Source: a virus | Length of the DNA: 64,000 nucleotides | Direction: 5' to 3' (one strand) | Virus record (IMG/VR): IMGVR_UViG_3300030329_006012 | Location: 1-64,000 of that record | Part shown: positions 9,022 to 18,200 of the stretch, piece after piece | Position numbering within the stretch: position 1 is the stretch's first letter | Layout: each line of letters begins with the position of its first letter | The notes under the pieces: generated by a model | Databases searched by the model: none | What the model was told of the DNA's origin: nothing | What the model saw: the letters and a program-made list of their open reading frames with translations, nothing else | Position numbers and translations under genes: made by a program

Positions 9022-9808
9022 AGTTTGGATACTAGGGCCCTGTTCAATCGAGAATGAGGAATTATATTTTTCAACATACGAAAAACTAGCCTCCTTCATG
9101 GGAGATAGGGACTGGTACTATAAGGCATCATTTGATAAGGCAAATAGAACATCTCTCACCGGCGGCCGAGGACCAGGACTAGAAAAGAGTATAGAAATCT
9201 TTGAGGATCTAAAAGATAAACACCCAGAAGCAAAGCTTCTCACGGATGTTCACGAAACATGGCAAGTTGAAAAACTTGCACACGTCATCGACTGCGTTCA
9301 AATCCCGGCATTTCTCTGTAGGCAAACAGACTTGATTGTTGAGTGCGCGAAAAGTTTCAGCAAGGTGAATATTAAAAAAGGGCAATGGATAGGCCCAAAC
9401 AATCTAATAAAATCGGTTGACAAGGTAAAAAATGTTAACCCTGAATGTGAGGCGTGGATCTGTGATCGTGGAACAAACTTTGGATATAATGACTTGTTTG
9501 TTAATTTTGGCATTGTCGATGAACTCAAAAAGCATTATGATAAGGTCTTAATAGATTGCACACACTCAATACAGAGATCGAGAGCTATATATGGCACACA
9601 GGGAGACCGCCGACTGGCAGAGAGGTACCTTCTCTCTTCTGATGTCTTTGGATACGATGGTGTTTTTGCAGAGGTCCACCCAGACCCACCATCAGCCGTC
9701 TCTGACGGAGACTGCCAGATCTACTTAGACAAAATCGAAGGCTTGATAAGAAGGTCGGAAACCATTTCGCGTGTAGTTGCCGAGAAAGATCGCGCCCGTG
9801 AGGAATAA
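9011..9808 (+). CDS. kdsA: 3-deoxy-D-manno-octulosonate 8-phosphate synthase
   Basis: GPCSIE, KASFDKANRTS, LTDVHE, QIPAFLCRQT, NIKKGQW, DRGTNFGY, DCTHS and EVHPDP..A.SDG. The Cys/His/Glu/Asp set suggests the metal-dependent class. Confidence 0.92.
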   Translation: MSNKVWILGPCSIENEELYFSTYEKLASFMGDRDWYYKASFDKANRTSLTGGRGPGLEKSIEIFEDLKDKHPEAKLLTDVHETWQVEKLAHVIDCVQIPAFLCRQTDLIVECAKSFSKVNIKKGQWIGPNNLIKSVDKVKNVNPECEAWICDRGTNFGYNDLFVNFGIVDELKKHYDKVLIDCTHSIQRSRAIYGTQGDRRLAERYLLSSDVFGYDGVFAEVHPDPPSAVSDGDCQIYLDKIEGLIRRSETISRVVAEKDRAREE

Positions 9809-10367
9809 GATTCATATCGGATACCACAAGTGTGGGTCGACTTTTTTGCAGAAGCTGATTTTTCCTTGTGTGCCGACCTACGAGGGTAGACTTTATGGAA
9901 AAGGTCATGCTAGGTGCAATTTCAGGAAGTTTTACAAAAAAGGCTTCAAAGAAACTTGCCGAGCGATAGAGAAGCACTACTCCAATAGGGAGGGCGTGTT
10001 TATATCTCATGAGGGATTTTCTAGCCTAAGACACCAGCATTTGTTTGAGATTTTAGGTGATGACTGGGATGTTTTGGTGGTGAAAAGAAATTTGCACGAT
10101 CTCATACAAAGCCGTCTCCGCCACAAACCGCACGACTTTTTTCTCTATGACAAAATTAAGCGCGGCACCATCGATGCGGAGGTGAAGCGTTTTTACGATC
10201 CGGAAAGTCTAAAGAAAGGGTTCAGCCACCTTACGGTATTATCCTTCGAAAAGCTTTTTTCAGGGGAAAAGGAAGAGCTTGATAGGTTATCTAAATATCT
10301 GGGCCACGACATAGGGCCCATTTTCCGAGAAAATATTAGTCGAAGAAAGAACTCAAGAAAGAAATAA
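9798..10367 (+). CDS. Sulfotransferase-like P-loop protein
   Basis: IHIGYHKCGSTFLQ (5'-PSB-like loop), SHEG, VVKRN...SR and LSFEKL. GTG start at 9798 overlaps the kdsA end. Confidence 0.65.
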   Translation: MRNKIHIGYHKCGSTFLQKLIFPCVPTYEGRLYGKGHARCNFRKFYKKGFKETCRAIEKHYSNREGVFISHEGFSSLRHQHLFEILGDDWDVLVVKRNLHDLIQSRLRHKPHDFFLYDKIKRGTIDAEVKRFYDPESLKKGFSHLTVLSFEKLFSGEKEELDRLSKYLGHDIGPIFRENISRRKNSRKK

Positions 10368-10373
10368 ACCATT

Positions 10374-11042
10374 ATGAGGGCTGAAGATATAAGTGAAAAA
10401 TTACAAGAAGATGGGTATGTGGTACTCCCCGACTATCTGAAGGGTAATCCCATGAAAGAACTTTTTTTTGAAGAGGTGGGGGACATTTTATCTAATTCAT
10501 CTGCCGACAAAGGATATAAGTTTGGAAAAGCAGAAAGAATTGGGTCTTTGAATAAGAATTCCAAGAATAGAATAGGAATGTCACATTGTTTTACAACCCC
10601 CCTTCTCGAAGAAGTTCGGAGGGGAAAATTTAAGGCAGATTGCAAATTCACTGAGATTTTTGTGACTCATGAGTTTACTGACGAGAATGGGCTGGAGAGG
10701 AACGGGTATTTACACTTTGATCGTATTTGGACTTTTAAGTATTTTTACTACATAACAGATACGAGAAGTCAGGCTGATGGGCCACTAACTGTTGTCCCCG
10801 GCTCCCATGTTTTGGGAAAGAAGCTGAGAAAGGCTCAGCTCGCCACTGGTGCCCCCTATAAAGAACAAAAAAATAGAATAGAAATTGATTTCCCACTTGT
10901 ATATGAAGAAATTAAATCAAAGAAGACACCGCTTTACGGGCCTGCAGGCACTCTTGTCATATTTGATACCGATGTTTTTCATATGGGCGGGACAGTAACT
11001 GCCGGCCACGAGAGGAAAGTGTGCCGACTGCACATGAGGTAG
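10374..11042 (+). CDS. 2OG-Fe(II) dioxygenase, phytanoyl-CoA dioxygenase-like
   Basis: DGYVVL, H-x-D (LHFD), GPLTVVPGSH, GPAGTLVIFD..FH.GG and a terminal Arg. Confidence 0.85.
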   Translation: MRAEDISEKLQEDGYVVLPDYLKGNPMKELFFEEVGDILSNSSADKGYKFGKAERIGSLNKNSKNRIGMSHCFTTPLLEEVRRGKFKADCKFTEIFVTHEFTDENGLERNGYLHFDRIWTFKYFYYITDTRSQADGPLTVVPGSHVLGKKLRKAQLATGAPYKEQKNRIEIDFPLVYEEIKSKKTPLYGPAGTLVIFDTDVFHMGGTVTAGHERKVCRLHMR

Positions 11043-11084
11043 AGGAGAATAATTATGAAATTATCAGATCAAGCAGTGGGATCA
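11043..11084 (+). repeat. Direct repeat copy 1 (42 bp): RBS and first 10 codons of the 11445 gene
   Basis: AGGAGAATAATTATGAAATTATCAGATCAAGCAGTGGGATCA; 40/42 identical to 11433-11474. Encodes a truncated MKLSDQAVGSQICPL*. Confidence 0.95.
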
Positions 11085-11139
11085 CAGATATGTCCCCTCT
11101 AATGTGGCAAAAAAAACTACAGAGAAGACTTGGGGAGTA

Positions 11140-11442
11140 ATGATCATATACGTTGACATCGATGAGACAATTTGTTTTTCTCCGGAAAGTAGAGATTATT
11201 CTATGGCTACCCCCATAGAAAAAAACATTAACAAAATAAACAAAATGTATGATAATGGAGATACAATAGTCTACTGGACAGCTCGTGGGACTCTCACTGG
11301 CAAAGATTGGAGAGGGGTGACAGAAGGGCAGTTTAAGAGGTGGGGTGTAAAATATCACGAACTGAAATTCGGAAAGCCGGCCTATGACCTGTTTATAGAT
11401 GACAAGAATATAAGTTCAGAAGAATTTTTTAAAGGAGAATAA
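11140..11442 (+). CDS. HAD-superfamily phosphatase (capsule-biosynthesis type)
   Basis: IYVDIDETI (DxD), YWTARG, GKP and LFIDDK. ATG 11140 follows GGGGAG. Confidence 0.85.
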   Translation: MIIYVDIDETICFSPESRDYSMATPIEKNINKINKMYDNGDTIVYWTARGTLTGKDWRGVTEGQFKRWGVKYHELKFGKPAYDLFIDDKNISSEEFFKGE

Positions 11443-11474
11443 TAATGAAATTATCAGATCAAGCAATGGGATCA
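11433..11474 (+). repeat. Direct repeat copy 2 (42 bp)
   Basis: AGGAGAATAATAATGAAATTATCAGATCAAGCAATGGGATCA; start of the intact 65-aa gene. Confidence 0.95.
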
Positions 11475-11642
11475 TTAATGATGGTCTTGCAAAAATGTTT
11501 AATGGAACAAAGCGATATCGTTCCAATGTTAAAGGAACTAGAATTTGTTCAGGACGGAGATGAACTCTCGGTCAAGAACCCGCCAACACTTCACTTTGAC
11601 GAAGAAAAATTGGACAAAAACACACTGGAAAACAATGCCTAA
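11445..11642 (+). CDS. Small hypothetical protein
   Basis: 65-aa ORF with a strong AGGAG RBS. Confidence 0.75.
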   Translation: MKLSDQAMGSLMMVLQKCLMEQSDIVPMLKELEFVQDGDELSVKNPPTLHFDEEKLDKNTLENNA

Positions 11643-11892
11643 ATATGTTTATGAATGCACTGAGTGCGGTTTCGTCAAGGAGGTCGTCCACTCTATGAAA
11701 GAAAAGCTTAAAGATTGTGAAGAATGTGATACAATAGAGGTACTTAGGAGAGTTCCTTCGTTCACCCTATCTATTGGACCTGGTGTTTCTACATCTAGTG
11801 GGACAAGAGTAAAGGATTTTATTGAAGAAACTCGTTCTGAACTTAAGAAAGAGAAAAAGGAATTGCAGAGAAAAGAGTATTCTAATGATTGA
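11635..11892 (+). CDS. FmdB-type zinc-ribbon protein
   Basis: MPKYVYECTECG...H.M...CEEC. Confidence 0.8.
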   Translation: MPKYVYECTECGFVKEVVHSMKEKLKDCEECDTIEVLRRVPSFTLSIGPGVSTSSGTRVKDFIEETRSELKKEKKELQRKEYSND

Positions 11893-12220
11893 AATTATTT
11901 TAGTAGCTTCGGTTATTTTTAATTTAGCACTTATGTGGTATGGTTATCTTCTTTTGAGGAAAGTAATATACGTCTCAGGTAATACGTCGGAGATAATTGG
12001 TGCTGTTGATAAATACCGAGACCACCTCAACGGTGTTTTCGAATTAGAGATGTTTTATGGAGATGAAACACTCCAATCTCTATTGGAGCACACCAGTGAC
12101 CTGTCCACTTTCTTAGGAGAATGCGAACAAGCATATGGAATGACTGAAAGTGAGTATGGGAATTATGTCGAAAGTGTCCAAGAAGAAGAAGCGGCGCCGG
12201 ATGAGCAGGGGCGGGGGTAA
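11885..12220 (+). CDS. Hypothetical membrane-anchored protein
   Basis: N-terminal hydrophobic helix (IILVASVIFNLALMWYGYLLL) and an acidic C-terminus. Confidence 0.65.
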   Translation: MIEIILVASVIFNLALMWYGYLLLRKVIYVSGNTSEIIGAVDKYRDHLNGVFELEMFYGDETLQSLLEHTSDLSTFLGECEQAYGMTESEYGNYVESVQEEEAAPDEQGRG

Positions 12221-12881
12221 AGCCTATTTCACGAAGGTGCATGAAGATGCAATCGTAAAATATGCCTTATCTAACTCTAGAGAAGAAAAAACAAAGTTAT
12301 ATGTAGATTTAATTAATCCGGCCTTCAACGAGATGGTCGATAAGATAGTATATACATACAAGTTCACAAACCTACCAAACATTGACGACCTAAAAGCCGA
12401 GTGCAAAGTCTGGCTTACAACCATTCTGGACAAATTCGATCCAGCAAAAGGCTCAAAGGCTTTTTCCTACTTCTCGGTTATAACGAAGAACTGGTTCATT
12501 CATAAGGTCAAACGTACAGCCCTCCAAAACAAGAGAGAGGTCTACTATGATGAAATTCCAAAAGACATGGAACAACATCATTTGTCTACCACAAACATGT
12601 ATTTTGAAATCAGAGAGGCCAACGAGTTTTGGAAATATCTCTGGGGAGAAATAGAAGAGTGGGAAAAACATGCCACTAAGCCGAATGAGAAGAAGGTTCT
12701 TGATGCTATAAGAATTCTCCTTGCAGACCCCGACGCTATCGAAATTTTTAATAAGAAAGCTATTTATTTCTACATAAGAGAAATTACTGGACTCAACACA
12801 AAACAGGTTGTTAGTAGTTTGAATAAGGTTCGGACAAGATATCGAACTTTTAAGTCCAAGTGGAATGAGGGAAAAATTTGA
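12150..12881 (+). CDS. Phage late sigma factor, T4 gp55-like (start uncertain, 12150-12165)
   Basis: Sigma region-2-like DDLKAECKVWL...KFDPAKGSKAFSYFSVITKNWF and a C-terminal helix-turn-helix-like IREITGLNTKQV. Confidence 0.75.
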   Translation: MSMGIMSKVSKKKKRRRMSRGGGKAYFTKVHEDAIVKYALSNSREEKTKLYVDLINPAFNEMVDKIVYTYKFTNLPNIDDLKAECKVWLTTILDKFDPAKGSKAFSYFSVITKNWFIHKVKRTALQNKREVYYDEIPKDMEQHHLSTTNMYFEIREANEFWKYLWGEIEEWEKHATKPNEKKVLDAIRILLADPDAIEIFNKKAIYFYIREITGLNTKQVVSSLNKVRTRYRTFKSKWNEGKI

Positions 12882-13177
12882 CCATGAGAAGCGATTTAGA
12901 GGAACAACTAGAAAAGGCACTCGACAATGTGAACGAGGACAGGGACGTAACGAAGAGGCTACTCAATGATCTTATTGATTATATCTCAGTATCTAACGAG
13001 CGCCATGTCGAGGCCGGAGCAATTGCAGCAAAGTACGTAGAAACACTTCAGCGTTCAAACGAGCAGGTTGTTAAGGTTGCCGGAATAATCCAGAGAGCCA
13101 CAGCGAACAAAGGCTCAGAAGGGCTAAGCAAAGAGGAAAAGGACGACCTTTTCGAACTCATCAGCGGGGACGGCTAA
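12878..13177 (+). CDS. Hypothetical helical protein
   Basis: 99-aa ORF overlapping the sigma gene stop (ATGA); coiled-coil-like. Confidence 0.65.
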   Translation: MTMRSDLEEQLEKALDNVNEDRDVTKRLLNDLIDYISVSNERHVEAGAIAAKYVETLQRSNEQVVKVAGIIQRATANKGSEGLSKEEKDDLFELISGDG

Positions 13178-13178
13178 A

Positions 13179-14339
13179 GTGGGTGTAAAAAGAAATTCCT
13201 TGCAGGGACTTGACGCTCTCATAAATATTGCCTCTGGTACACCTACCGGCGGCAGCACAGACGATTTAGGCGAAGGACAGGTTTATGTTGCAAAGATAAT
13301 TAAAGAAGTCCCTCCTACCGATCCGAATAACCCCCACCTGATTCAACGCATTGGTTCCCTATCGCCTGCACCAGCCAAGTTATATAAAATAAAAATTCAA
13401 GAAGAGCTCGGAAACTCCATCACTGGTACCGAGCTTTTGCTCACAGAACCAGAAGAACTAAAAGATGTCACCTCACAGGGCCTTTCTACCGTCGATGTGG
13501 GGAATTTTGTACTTAACATGCTCCCAGAGGGGATCTATATGGTGGAGTCCGAACAGCAAGAGCCACCTGGCATTGGCGATGAGGTATATGCCACTGCTGA
13601 TGGCGGTATCGAAGGCCGCTACTTGTTGGCAAATAAAGAGGGGAAGCAAAAGACAGATCAGGGCGGCTACGGGGTCTACGATCCAAAGACGGGAACTTGG
13701 TCCTCCCCAAGCCAATCATTCACTGACGAGAACGGAAACCCAATAGCGGCAGAAGATAGGAAGAACAACCTTCTGAGCTTCGTTAAAGAAGTTATGGTTC
13801 CATCCGCAATCAGGATAACATCAGACTACGCTAAAAGAACGCACCCTGTTACTGGTGATCCTGCAAAGCATCATTATGGTGTTGATGTTGGCGTTGGCGG
13901 AGCTACCGGTGTTAAGCTTTACGCCCCGCGCAAAGGAAAAATTACAGTTGCGAAATTTCAAGACGAGGCGGGCTCCTATTGGGCAAATGGCAATTATATA
14001 AAATTAAGACATGATGATGGCAACGAATCAGTGTTCCTCCATCTCCAGACAATATCCGACAAGATTAGGCCAATTGACGGCACACCGGAAGTTATCACCA
14101 GCCCAGAGCAGATACCGCTTAACCAGAAGTCAGCGGCGCCATTTTCTCAAAGAGCCGGCGAGCAACGAAGTGGCGGCCGCCCAAAGCTCGGAGTGGTCAC
14201 TGTAGAAAAAGGAGATCTTTTGGGAACAATAGGCACCTCTGGCCGAAGCACAGGAATTCACCTCCACTGGCAATTTTCTTCTCAGGCCGATCCATATGCT
14301 ATCGTATTCGGCCAATGGAAGACGGAACCCTCCGTATAG
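13179..14339 (+). CDS. Baseplate-associated protein with C-terminal M23 metallopeptidase
   Basis: HYGVD (HxxxD), GNYIKLRH...FLHL, KGDLLGTIGTSGRSTGIHLH (HxH). Located at the head of the baseplate cluster. Confidence 0.8.
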   Translation: MGVKRNSLQGLDALINIASGTPTGGSTDDLGEGQVYVAKIIKEVPPTDPNNPHLIQRIGSLSPAPAKLYKIKIQEELGNSITGTELLLTEPEELKDVTSQGLSTVDVGNFVLNMLPEGIYMVESEQQEPPGIGDEVYATADGGIEGRYLLANKEGKQKTDQGGYGVYDPKTGTWSSPSQSFTDENGNPIAAEDRKNNLLSFVKEVMVPSAIRITSDYAKRTHPVTGDPAKHHYGVDVGVGGATGVKLYAPRKGKITVAKFQDEAGSYWANGNYIKLRHDDGNESVFLHLQTISDKIRPIDGTPEVITSPEQIPLNQKSAAPFSQRAGEQRSGGRPKLGVVTVEKGDLLGTIGTSGRSTGIHLHWQFSSQADPYAIVFGQWKTEPSV

Positions 14340-14348
14340 GTACAAAAC

Positions 14349-15278
14349 ATGGCAAACACAAACTACAAATTACCCCACGAGGCCGAGAGGCGAAAAGATA
14401 TCCTCACCGGCAACAAAGATCTTGACGACGAGCGCATCCATATTAATAAAAACAGGCACGAGAACCAGCCAAGAGTTGCAAGAACTGAAAACGACTACAT
14501 TATTGAAAATAGACACAATGCGAGCATTGTTCTTGGTAGAGACTATGAATATGATGATTTAAATGACACCTCCATTGGGATGGTGGACATATCTGCAGGC
14601 CGCACAGGGAATATGGATGATGGAGAGAGGTCTGGAGGAAGTCTGATTTCGGATGCAGCAAAAATTTATATCAGCCAAAAGACGGACATAGACAGGCTTT
14701 ACGGCTTTACCCCCAAGAAGTCCTCCACAAGCCGCTCCGCCATCGGCATTAAGGCAGATGCTGTTCGTGTTATATCCAGAGACCCATCTGCCGGCATAAA
14801 GCTGATTGTCCAGCCAGACTCCTTTGGGTCAACAGCAGGCAAAAACTCTCAAGGAGGTTCGGCGACTGGCGTCCAAGGCGGCGTTGAGATCTTGGGTCCA
14901 GGCAAGGAGATTTCCCAACCGATGGTAAAATCAGATGACCTTGCGAAGTCTCTAGCCAAGCTCGTCAATTATATCGAGCAGATAGAGATTATGGTTTGGG
15001 ATTTCGTCAGCTATCAAAAGAAATTCAACAGCGCCGTATCACAGGCGACTGACATCGAGGCGTTTTATGCACAGAAGGGAATTCCAGACCCACTGTTACT
15101 TAAAGCAAAGGCACGAAATTCACTAGATTTATTCTCATATGTAGAATCCAGCGGGAGATCCATAAGATCTAAACTAGAGAAATACAAGACCAACGATTTG
15201 GGCGTAGACGCAGACGGAGAGAAAGCAGTAAAAACGAGTAAAGCCGTATTCTCTAGTAAGTACCACAAACTGAACTAG
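14349..15278 (+). CDS. Putative baseplate spike/hub-associated protein
   Basis: Position between the M23 gene and wedge genes. Beta-rich IGIKADAVRVIS segment. Weak call. Confidence 0.4.
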   Translation: MANTNYKLPHEAERRKDILTGNKDLDDERIHINKNRHENQPRVARTENDYIIENRHNASIVLGRDYEYDDLNDTSIGMVDISAGRTGNMDDGERSGGSLISDAAKIYISQKTDIDRLYGFTPKKSSTSRSAIGIKADAVRVISRDPSAGIKLIVQPDSFGSTAGKNSQGGSATGVQGGVEILGPGKEISQPMVKSDDLAKSLAKLVNYIEQIEIMVWDFVSYQKKFNSAVSQATDIEAFYAQKGIPDPLLLKAKARNSLDLFSYVESSGRSIRSKLEKYKTNDLGVDADGEKAVKTSKAVFSSKYHKLN

Positions 15279-15293
15279 AGAGTATTTATATAT

Positions 15294-18200
15294 ATGGCCC
15301 AGCAAGACCCAAACAAAAACACCAATTTAGAACAACAGTTTGAAGACTCCTCAGACGTAGGATCCGAGCAAAGATCCGAAGACTTTGCCGCTCAAGCGAA
15401 GTACGCCTCCGGCACAAGAGAGCTCGTGCTCCAAACTCATGGCGATGTTCTGGGTGCATATGATCAAATTGGAGAGGGGACAGCTTATCCTCCCGATCAT
15501 CTATTCTTGATAAACCTTAATCCGATTTTTAAAGAAGAAAAGTTAAACAACGACTTCTTGATGAGTAAGAAAGAGTATTTCTACGAAGATATGCTCGCCA
15601 CCGCAGAGACGACTTCATTTGATAGGTTCTACTCTAAAAAGACGGAACATATTAAGAAACTGTTTAGGTTTTTCCAAAGAAGACTTGATGATGATTTAAG
15701 TTCTAAAAAGAGAAACATTAAGACTAACGGCATCGATTTCGAAAAACACATGTCAATGATAGAGTCGGTTCCGAACGAGATCAAGAGAGCAGCCCTAAAG
15801 GCAAACCCTCTACTGGGAGACCTTATGAGGGAGTCTGAAAACAAGTACCAGACCTCAATCGTAATGACAGCCCCCGTGGGAACGTACAGCACCTTTATGG
15901 GTGTTTATTTGTTTTTCCCAAATGCAGATTTGAGGGAGCTCCTGTCTGACGTTGGCCTCGATGAAGGCGCCGACAAGATCAGCAGCATTTCTGCGGACTA
16001 TGTGAGATTCTTTATTCCAGGCAGCTTCTTTCAGAACGATTCCCCCTTCAAGAGCCTGTTTTTCCAATTCAACGGATACATGCAGAAACTAGATCTTCTT
16101 GCTGATCTTGGGAGGGAAGACTTAACAAGAGCAGAGAATCACATGAACTGTGGGTTCACACCCGGCGCCGCAGATTATCCGCCACTACTTGATTATTTCT
16201 CCTTTTCCCATTCTTTTCACCAGCCAACTCCGATAACGGTAGAGGAAAACCCGGTGGAGAACAGCAAATGGAGAGAGAACGCTGCACAGGCAGTAGATGC
16301 ATTCACAGGGGCAATGGACGATGCAACCAAATCGCTTACGAGGTCACTGTCTCAGTTTATTTCCGATCCATACACTGTCGTCGATGGCGACAAAATGACC
16401 TTGACCACCAAGAATTATACCGCTGGCTCTGTCTTCGGAGCCAAGCTCTCCTATGATGGTGACAAAAAATCACCACTCATGGAGCTCTCAAGGGGCTGGC
16501 TGGATCAGGCAGAGCTCAGCGCCGCCGCAGACCGGACGTCCTTAATTACGTTTCAAAGCCGCTCAGGACCCGAAGTCAATGCAGATGCTGTAATTGAAAT
16601 AAATCGAGAAGACGAGGCCCTGAAAAAGAAGCTCGTTGCTAATTTTAAAAAGACTGGCAACGCGCTCGAAGAAGGAATGGTCATCCAGATACCAAAGCAG
16701 TCTGGTACAAAAAACAAGTGGAAAAATCTCCTCAATTCCGTAGAGATGGAGGAGATGGATCCAGAGCGCCTCAAGGAAATTTGGAACGAAGCTTTTCTAG
16801 ATCCTTTCCTTGCAAGAATATGTCCGGCCACCCTTCCAAAAAGGGTTCTTGAGTGTTTACTTCCGGGCAACTGCCGCGATCTCATGAAATACATTGGCCT
16901 ATGGCGTACCCGCGATTTCTTAGAAGAGTTTATTGCTTTTGACCTATTTTCTGATACCAAAAGTCTGGTCACTGCACTGACGAAGTGGGATGAGCTCGTT
17001 CAAGAGCAGTACAGCTTTAAAGCAGTACAGTTTAATGGCAACGGTTTTCTGAAGTCGGGAACTACCGACTCTAAGGAGGTTTTCCCAAACGGTGCAGATA
17101 GCGTTTCCGTATCTCTGCAGGTGAAAGTAAAGCCGGAGAACAAGAAAACAAACGACAAGAAGGTAAAGTCGATATTCTCCCAGAAGGGAGTGTTCGAGAT
17201 AAAGAAGGGGATATTGGGAGATATAAAAGTTGTTCTCTATTCTCAGGACGGAAAGAAAGTAACTTATACAAACTTTGGAGAATCCACAATTGATTTTGAT
17301 GACGATTACTGGCACCAGCTTGGTTTTTCCTGGGCCGGTAATACTGGAAACTTCACGCTATATTTCGATGGCAGAGAGGTGAAGACCAAGAAGGACAGTG
17401 GCGACACATTCACAGGCCCATTGGCATCCCCCGATAGTACGCGGTTTCTTGTTGCTTCCGAGTCCCACGAAGAGAGCAGGAAGGGCTTTGCAGGACAACT
17501 TGATGAAATTTGTGTATTTGATAAGACCCTCTCAGCGGCTCAGTGGAAATCGCTTGGTAAGATTGATAGCGATGTAAATTTAAACACAGCAAGGCTCAAA
17601 TTGAATGTCAAGGCTTGGTGGCGCATGGGAGATGCCGTTGATGATCGCACTCCTGCTTCTGGCGTCACCGGAAAGATCGTTGACCTCGCTGGAGGTAAAG
17701 ATCTCTCTTTCGGAAACCCCAGCGAAGGATCCACCAAAATAATTGTTGCTCACCTGTTTAAAGAGAAGGACGAAAACCGCTTTATCGATATAATAAATCG
17801 AGAAACAGATGTTGAGAAGGTTTGCGATACAATCATGGAATACATAATGGAGCTTGTGGAGGTCTCCTTTGATCCGGAAAAAATAAAGAAAGATATACTG
17901 GACCAGATAAACATACCTAATTTCTCTGGGGATCCCCACAAACAAGTGAAGCTCATAATCAAAAAGACAATTGTAGAGCAGTTGCTGAAAATGGTAGCCA
18001 CCTTTCTAATGAAGATGATTGCCGAGCTGCTAAACTGCGATAGTTGGCGTGGAATGGTCAAGGCTCTTGTGAAAGGAACAGTTAATTTTGATGCCAACAC
18101 TTTTGGGTCCGCATTTGTGGAAAACAACCCGGTTGCAGAGTTCATCAATGCAACTCAAGATCCGGAAGAGTGGTCAAAGATATTAAAAGACACGGAGAGC

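Noticed and set aside
621-11442. Interpreting the window as a bacterial LPS/capsule locus or cellular chromosome
   Set aside because: The cluster runs without a break into a gp55-like sigma, baseplate, terminase and portal genes on one strand. No housekeeping genes, transporters or integrase are seen.
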